A DNA stretch of 64,000 nucleotides from NCBI RefSeq assembly GCF_009914755.1, contig NC_060933.1, one strand, 5' to 3'. A model generated the notes under the pieces. It did not search any database. It was not told the origin of the DNA and saw only the letters and a program-made list of their open reading frames with translations. A program made the translations under genes and the position numbers. This DNA comes from the human T2T-CHM13v2.0 reference genome, Homo sapiens. Position 1 is the stretch's first letter. Each line of letters begins with the position of its first letter. Shown piece after piece: positions 43,989 to 64,000 of this stretch.

Positions 43989-44033
<45 letters not shown>

Positions 44034-44046
44034 AGCGCGCACGCAC
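43980..44046. repeat. (CA)18 microsatellite within an alternating purine-pyrimidine tract
   Basis: acac.. at 43991-44026, flanked by tgcacatgt and gtgcgcaagcgcgcacgcac. Confidence 0.95.
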
Positions 44047-44863
44047 CTGTATCCTTGGTGTCTGACTTCGGTGCCCAATTTATGCCTGGTGTTTAATAGA
44101 ACAAAGGTTTGCTGTGGCTGGAATTCCCTTACTCTAGTACTGCAAGATAGAGATTATTACCCCATTTTCTGATGAAGATACTGACGCATACACAACTAAG
44201 CAGAAGCTTGCCTGAGATCACAAAACTGATGAGAGTGGGATGCAAACCTAAAGCAGACCCCCGCTTCTCACCAAATATTTGGTCTTCAGTCCATCCATCC
44301 AAACAATGGGAGGGAAAGAGAAACTGAAGTCTGGAGGTGGGAGCATGGGATCCCACCAGTGTCCTGATACCCAGAGGACAGAGAGGTTGGGGGAGCCAGA
44401 AGCTCTGAGCCTTGGAGCAGTACTCACCCTGTGAAATATTAACCTAGGAGCTGGGGGGAAAACCCAAACAAATGCCCTATTTACAGAGGCTAGACGCTTT
44501 CCAGGAGGCAGCAGATCAAGGGCCAGAGACTGGGGGTGTGAGGGGAGTCACAGCAAGTGTGGGGATCTCCAGGTGGTCGGGAAACAGGTGAAAACCAGAC
44601 GCCACCTGGCTCTGAAAAGTCTGCAGAGATTAAATCTATGAGTTGGGTTATGTCAGAAAGATGCAGACACACAATAATTGGGGAGTGTGCCTCACAGCTA
44701 GGTGGCTGCTCATGATGCTGGAGACAGAGAGGCCTTGAGGAGGCTGCATTCGGCTAGTAATCAGACTGGTTGGGTTCTATTCTTGTAACCAAATGTATTA
44801 ATGATCCTACCCATACTGAATACCAAGTATATACCAAGAATTCTGGCTGGGCGTGGAGGCTCA

Positions 44864-45150
<287 letters not shown>

Positions 45151-45260
45151 TTAAGTATTTTATATGTGTTAATTAATTGAATTCTCTCAACACCCAACAA
45201 GGCAGGAGTTACCATCTACAACTTACAGAAAAGGCAGCTGGAAGGAAGGGGCTATGGCTA

Positions 45261-46041
<781 letters not shown>

Positions 46042-48209
46042 TAAGAGACAGGGTCTCACTCTGTCACCCAGGCTGGAGTGCAGTGGTACGATCTCAGCTC
46101 GCTGCAACCTCCACCTCTCACGTTCAAGCAATCTCCCACCTCAGCCTCTGGAGTAGCTGTGACTACAGACGTATACCAACAGACCTGGCTAATTTTTTTA
46201 TTTTTTGTAGCGATGAGGGCTCACCATGTTGCCCAGGCTTGTCTCAAACTCCTGGGCTCAAGCAATACGCCCACCTCAGCCTCCCAAAGTGCTGGATTAC
46301 AGGTGTGAGCCACCGCACCCAGCTGCCACAGATAACATTTTATCAATATGATAATACATTATCATTTTGTTTCCCAGATAAGGAAACAATGGTTGAAAGA
46401 TGAGCAATGAGTTGTTCCTCCGGTAAGTGTGTGACCCTAAAGTTCGAGCCCCTTGCCATTATGCTATGGGGAGGGACCATTTCTCCAACCTCAGCTTTCC
46501 CTTCTGTTCCACGAGCCTCCGCCGCTTCCTTACAACTCAGGCACTGAGCTCACATGATCCAGTACTGCTGGTAACCACTCCGTGGCATGTCATTTTTTGG
46601 CCACAGCATTGAAAGCTTCCTGAGGGCAGGGACCCTATGTGATTTCTGGGGTCTCCATTACAGAGTATGTGAGTGGCTCAATGCCAGTGACAGGGCCTCG
46701 GCTCCACAAGATCCCCAGCCAATGTTTTCCAGCCTCAATATTTATCAAGGTCCTTACCTGTCAGCATGTTGCGAGTGGCACACGCTGTGTTGCGCGTGTT
46801 GTGAACAGGGTTGCTGAGGAGATGCCATGAAAGGATGGCAGGAAGGTGGTAACCAATAATTATGAAGAGTGATGTTCCTGAGAATAATGCTTCAAGAGAC
46901 CCTTCTGCATCTCTGAAGCTGGAAAATCAGTTTCAGCGATTGCGCCAGATATAAGACAGTGGTCCACAAATAGATAACCAGACAGGGGTCTCTGCACTCA
47001 CCTCTCAGGACTCCAGAACAGATGAGGTACTGAAGCCAAGCAAAAAAACCAGAGTGCCAAGAGCAGTCTTCCAGCTAGTGGGCCCCCAAAACGTGTCTGC
47101 ATAATCCTAGTGGTACTAATGATAATACCTTTGTAGAGAGCTTCAGAACACACCTAATTCTTTCACAAGCTGTGTCTCATTTCATCCTCCCAACAGCCTT
47201 TAGAGTTAGTCGGAGGCAAGGGAAGGCCATTATTCTTAATCTACAAATAGGAAAACTGAGGCCCAGAGAGGAGATGGAACCTGCCTAACTCACACAGCAA
47301 GCCAACAGCAGAGCCGGGATTTGAACCAGGTCCGCAGGTCACCAGCCTGGGGTTCTACCCACAACAGCCTACCCCAACATGCTGGCTCTCAGCTCCTAAG
47401 TGCTCTGACCTTTCATTTTCAAATTCTCTGGCCCAGTTGCCCTGCTCAGCCTGTGTCCCAGGCCTGAGGATATAGTCCGGGCTTGGGGTATAAGGAGGGA
47501 GATCAACTGTGGTTCTGCTTCCTATAAAGCAGGCTGGAAAGTCTCAGCCTCTGCCGGGCACTTCCGGATCACCAGCCTCTACCCGTAGATCAGCCACGCA
47601 CACTCCAACCACATATCTAGGCCCAGCATACACTGCCCCTCCCCACCTGTCTCCAAGTCACATTCATTTCAACACCCTCATTTTGCCTATTTTACGTGGT
47701 AGAATGGAAATTTGCTGGGCTCATTTTAATTCTTTTTTTTTTAGAGATAGGGTTTCCCTATGTTCTCCAGACTGGTCTCAAACTCCTGGCCTCAAGCGAT
47801 CCTCCCAAAGCGCTGGCAGTGCTGGGCTCTTTTTTAAAAGTCCCCATCACCCTCCGCTGCTGTCAGAAAAGCCAGGACCAAGCTAACGTCTTCTCTGCAG
47901 AATATTAACCCAGTTACCTCTGAGGGGTGTCAAGAAGTTTCTGTCTTGCTTTCCCCAATATTTCCTCAAATCCTACTAGTTGATGGAGGCAGCTAGAGCT
48001 GGTGACACCACCAGCTAGTGCTAAAACGAACGGCTCTGAGGCAGACATACATGCCCACATTCCTCATCATCACATCATCCTCATCAGCGTGACCGCTATG
48101 TATTGAGCACTTTGTGTGAAATACTGCATTAAGCACTTCAGCCCATGATTTTATCTAATCCAACAGCCCTATTTTCTTTTCTTTTCTTTCTTTCTTTTTT
48201 TTTTTTTGA

Positions 48210-48503
<294 letters not shown>

Positions 48504-50279
48504 TGAGAAGATTGAGGTGGAAAAAGGTCCCGTGCCCACCTTCTCACAACCAGGAAGCAGCGGCATAACTTAACTTGATTTAATCGCAGTTCTCTGTGAC
48601 CATGATTCTTTGTATTTGTTCCATCAATGGTCATTACAAAGATGGAAGAAGGGTACTTACAACCGAAGCCCCAAGCACAATGGCCATTTGTCATCTAAAA
48701 CAAATCTGTATTTTCTCCAACCACCAGACACTTCAACAAGTACGGTTCTGAAAGGGTGTCCCATTAGACACCCTGTGACCCTGTATCACAAGGACAGCCC
48801 CTGATGTCTTCCCCACCTTTTTCTGGTCCCCACTGTTCTCTGACTTTCTTGCCAACCACTCTTCCCTTTCTTCAACCTGCTCCAGTCCCCCATCCTCCCA
48901 CTGTTTCTTTCTTTTTTTTGAGACAGAGTCTCACTCTTGTCACCCAGGCTGGAATGCAATGGGCACAATCTCGGCTCACTGCAACCTCCACCTCTCAGGT
49001 TCAAATAATTCTCCTGCCTCAGCCTCCTGAGTAACTTGGATTACAGACATGAGCCACCACGGCCAGCTAATTTTTTTTTTGGTACTTTTAGTAGAGATGG
49101 GGTTTCACCATGTCGGCCAGGCTGGTCTTGAACTCCTGACCTCAGGTGATCCGGCTGCCTCAGCCTCCCAAAGTGCTGGGATTACAAGCGTGAGCCCTTA
49201 TGCTGTTTCTTCAAATCACCAGGCATATGACCACAGGACCTTTGCATTTGCTGCGGAATGCTCTGCCACAAGAGAACTACCTGGCTTGCTCCCTCACTTA
49301 TCTCTGCTCAAAGGTCACCTTACTAGAGACCTTCCCTGAACACCCTCTATAAAATGACAACTCCCAACTCCTTCCCCATGGTCCTTCCTTCTCTATTTTT
49401 CTCCAAACCACTTATTACCTCCTTACATATCATGTTTATTATTTGCTGAATGAACAAATGAACCAAAGTAGCGAGGCCCTTCACCCCTGGCCACCACTTT
49501 CTGCTCTAAGTATAGCCTCCCGTGACCCTTTTCAAGGCTATGCTTTTATGCTCATCCTAACCAGTTTGAAGTCTGAAGAGAAACATTCTGTGAAAGATCA
49601 TATATGGAAGGATTTTCCCAAGACATCAGACATTCCATTCCCCTCCCCCTTAAAAATCAAATGCACTAGCTGAGCGCGGTGGCTCATGCCTGTATTTCCA
49701 GCACTTTTGGAGGCTGGAGCGGGCGGATCACTTGAGCCCAGGAGTTCGAGACCAGCTTGGGTAACATAGTGAGACCCCATCTCTATTTAAAGAAAAACAA
49801 AACAAAACAAAACGAATGGACTGACAAACACAGGCAAAGACTGGAAATCTTGGGCTCTTTCGGTCAAAGAGCAGCCAAGACAAGTTCCACCCAGAGAGCT
49901 ATAGTGGCCAGCACAGTCAGTTTCACTATCAACTCACCTGTCGGGCTCCCTTGGCCCTCCGGTTGCAACCTCACCCTGTTGGATTTCCCTATACTTTGTG
50001 TCATCCCTTTTGGGAGCTGATCCAGAATCCAAGTCGTCCTTGAGCTTCTAAGCACTTCTCTGGGGGAACTTAAGCTCATCCAACAGGTAGGAGGGGCAGA
50101 GGGTGGCCCTTTCAGCCCTACACCGATCCCCCATCTTGTAGGGGCAAACGACAGAGCGTCATTTTCTTTCTGGAGGAAGGGAGCTCAGTTTTAAAGACAC
50201 GATTCTCAGACCTGGCGGCAGGGATAGAGAAAGGAACCCTCCCACCACTGGCGGAGATGGACCTCAGAGAGTGGTTGCA

Positions 50280-51200
50280 GCGGCGATGCTTAGGCCCCGT
50301 AGGCAGGAGGCGAAGGAGGAGGACGCAGGTACGTCCCTTGGCCCGGGGTCCGGGACCTACCCTGGACGGGGCTGCCCTCAGCGTCGGGAAGCGGACGTGA
50401 TGCTTCGCAGGCGAGGAGGAGCAGAGAATGCAGCCCGGGAGAATCCGGGGCCAGAGCACCTCAGGAGGTTGGGGATCTCGTCAGGCTAGAGCCGGGGTCC
50501 AGGGGAGACGGGGGTCGGCGGGGCGGAGCTTGGGATCCCGGGGACGGGAGCTCCGGGAGGGAGGGGGTCGCGACGGGGACCCCGTGGCGGTTACCTTGCC
50601 CTTAGGGCTGCCGGCGGGGCTGAGGCTCCTGGGCCCGGCCCCTCCCCCGATCCGGCTCCTACGGCTCGGAGCCTGCAGCCGCCGCCGCCTCCGCTGTCAA
50701 CAAACCCGGGGCGCGTCACTTCCGGGGCCGCCCCTTAGCAACAGCGATCGGGTTCCCCCGACCCGTCCCGCGGCTAACGCGGGCGGCGGCGGCAGAAGGT
50801 TCCGGGGACCGGCGGGCGGCTCCTTTCCCCGGGCCCGGCACGTTACGCCGGTGGAGGAAGCCGCGGGATGCCCCCCCCAGGCCACCCGAGAGAACGCGTC
50901 ATTCAGGGCTCTCCCTGGCCTCCGAGGGGCCTGTTCGTGGGACCCTAGGATCGGTGCCCGCCCTGGCGCTGCGGTTCACCTGAGCCCAACACTGCTGAAT
51001 AGCAGGACTGACTCTGGGCGCCAGCCCCCTCCATCCAGCGCCCTGTTGAACATGTCTTGCGTTCTCCACGGGTGGCTCACACTCGCGTGTCAACCCGCAG
51101 TCATCACCGTCCCCCAAAAGGTGCTCCTAACCTCCATCTAGGGCATGCGCCACCAGGCAACCGAGCTTCCAAATGGGAAATTGGGCGGCGACCTCGGCCC
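50280..51200. promoter_or_regulatory. ZER1: ZER1 CpG-island promoter
   Basis: High CpG density; ETS/half-CRE CCGGAAGTGACG (50725-50714); RFX-like TTAGCAAC about 50735-50742. Confidence 0.88.
50595..50710 (-). other. ZER1: ZER1 non-coding exon 1
   Basis: Donor AAG|GTAACC at 50595/50594; GC-rich, no ATG; TSS position approximate. Confidence 0.8.
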
Positions 51201-51267
51201 CTACATTTTCCTGGGCCCCTCGTCCAGTCTCCAAGTCCTAAGGATCCTGTCAAACCAGTTCCTTCTG

Positions 51268-60205
<8,938 letters not shown>

Positions 60206-60223
60206 TCAGCTGTGGTGTCATGT

Positions 60224-60725
60224 TGAAACCAACCCAATTGTCCCACAGAACTGATATTTATGGTTTTTTTAAAATAAATGTAGAAGTTGACCTTCATGAG
60301 TCTTGAAACTTGAAAATGTTACACTTGTCTTATCTGAATTTATTTCTCAGGAAACCAACTATCAGGCCTCCCAGATAGTATCAAGGAACTGAAACTTCCC
60401 AGATCACAGCATCTGTACAATGAGACACCAGACCCTTCACTGGTCATGATTACCTGACCACCTGCCACCTGCTTCCTGCTGAACAACTCTTCTTTCTTAT
60501 CCTCCCCTAATTCCTGTTTTCCTGTATGTAGCTACATTTCTTTTCTGCTGTATAAACTCCTAATTTTAGTTGGTCACGGAGATGGATTTGAAGCTGATCT
60601 CCCACCTCCATGGCTGCAGTACCTGATTAAAGCTTTCTTTCCTGGCAGTACTGGTTGTCTCAGTGATTGGCTTTCTGTGCAGCCAGCAGCAAGACCTAGA
60701 CAAAACCCCTGGTGTTTTGGTAATA
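60224..60725 (+). mobile_element. Solo ERV1 LTR (LOR1-like)
   Basis: Starts TGAAACC, ends GGTAATA (CA decayed to TA); 4-bp TSD ATGT on both sides; TATAAA and ATTAAA inside; family name from recall. Confidence 0.8.
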
Positions 60726-61124
60726 ATGTCACAGAACTTGCCAGAAATCAGCCATCTAAGGTTCTTGGGAAAGCTATTTACAGGAAAGTGTCCCACCAGA
60801 GGCTCCTTTCTGAAAATAATGCCAGAGAAGAGTGTTGGGAGACGTTCCTGGCTACTGGCAATGAAGTAGTAGGCAGGCGCTGGACAAGCCCCTTGTTCTG
60901 CAGAAGCCTGTCTACCAAGCACACTAAAATTGGAAAGGAAAGCCCATTCCATGCAGGAAAAATAGTTAAAGGTCCCAAATCCATTTTCTCAGAGTAGGAA
61001 ATGATGAGAGAATTTGAAGCTGAGAGTCAAGAAATTGATTACTGGCACACTATGTAATCTTTTTACATTGTTTAACTTTTACGTTAGCAGCTTTGGAAAC
61101 TATTTATTTCCAAAATTACTTTGT

Positions 61125-64000
<2,876 letters not shown>

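Noticed and set aside
47520-47570. TATAAA plus CACTTCCGG as an internal promoter
   Set aside because: Isolated short motifs with no CpG island or other support
60730-61010. Non-Alu sequence flanking the LTR with short ORFs
   Set aside because: Probably an old unidentified repeat; no coding or splice signal I can support

Overview
Primate (very probably human) Alu-dense genomic DNA. From recognition of the proteins it is the ZDHHC12–ZER1 locus (human 9q34.11 from recall; TBC1D13 should lie just beyond the right edge). Two minus-strand genes were assembled by hand with GT-AG boundaries and consistent phases. ZDHHC12 has 5 exons, and its 3' end runs off the window. ZER1 is complete, with a non-coding exon 1 plus 15 coding exons (2301 nt = 766 aa), including exons the ORF track misses. 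A plus-strand divergent transcript (ZDHHC12-DT-like) is predicted from the ZDHHC12 CpG island and ends inside ZER1 intron 15. Repeats include many nested Alus, a full-length SVA with TSD, a solo ERV1 LTR with TSD, MER30, an MLT1 LTR, L1/L2/MIR fragments, a FAM and a U13 snoRNA retrocopy. I found no new multi-gene system. The best leads are: a dual-use CAG|GTAAGT splice site at ZER1 exon 7 next to an in-frame, stop-free intron; an ORF that stays open across the three predicted exons of the divergent lncRNA; a 341-bp Alu-Alu recombination tandem duplication with a mappable crossover; a candidate TDP-43-type cryptic exon; a convergent CTCF-like pair, one member palindromic; an AluYg6-like element in a (TA)n tract; and a three-layer Alu/Alu/SVA nest.
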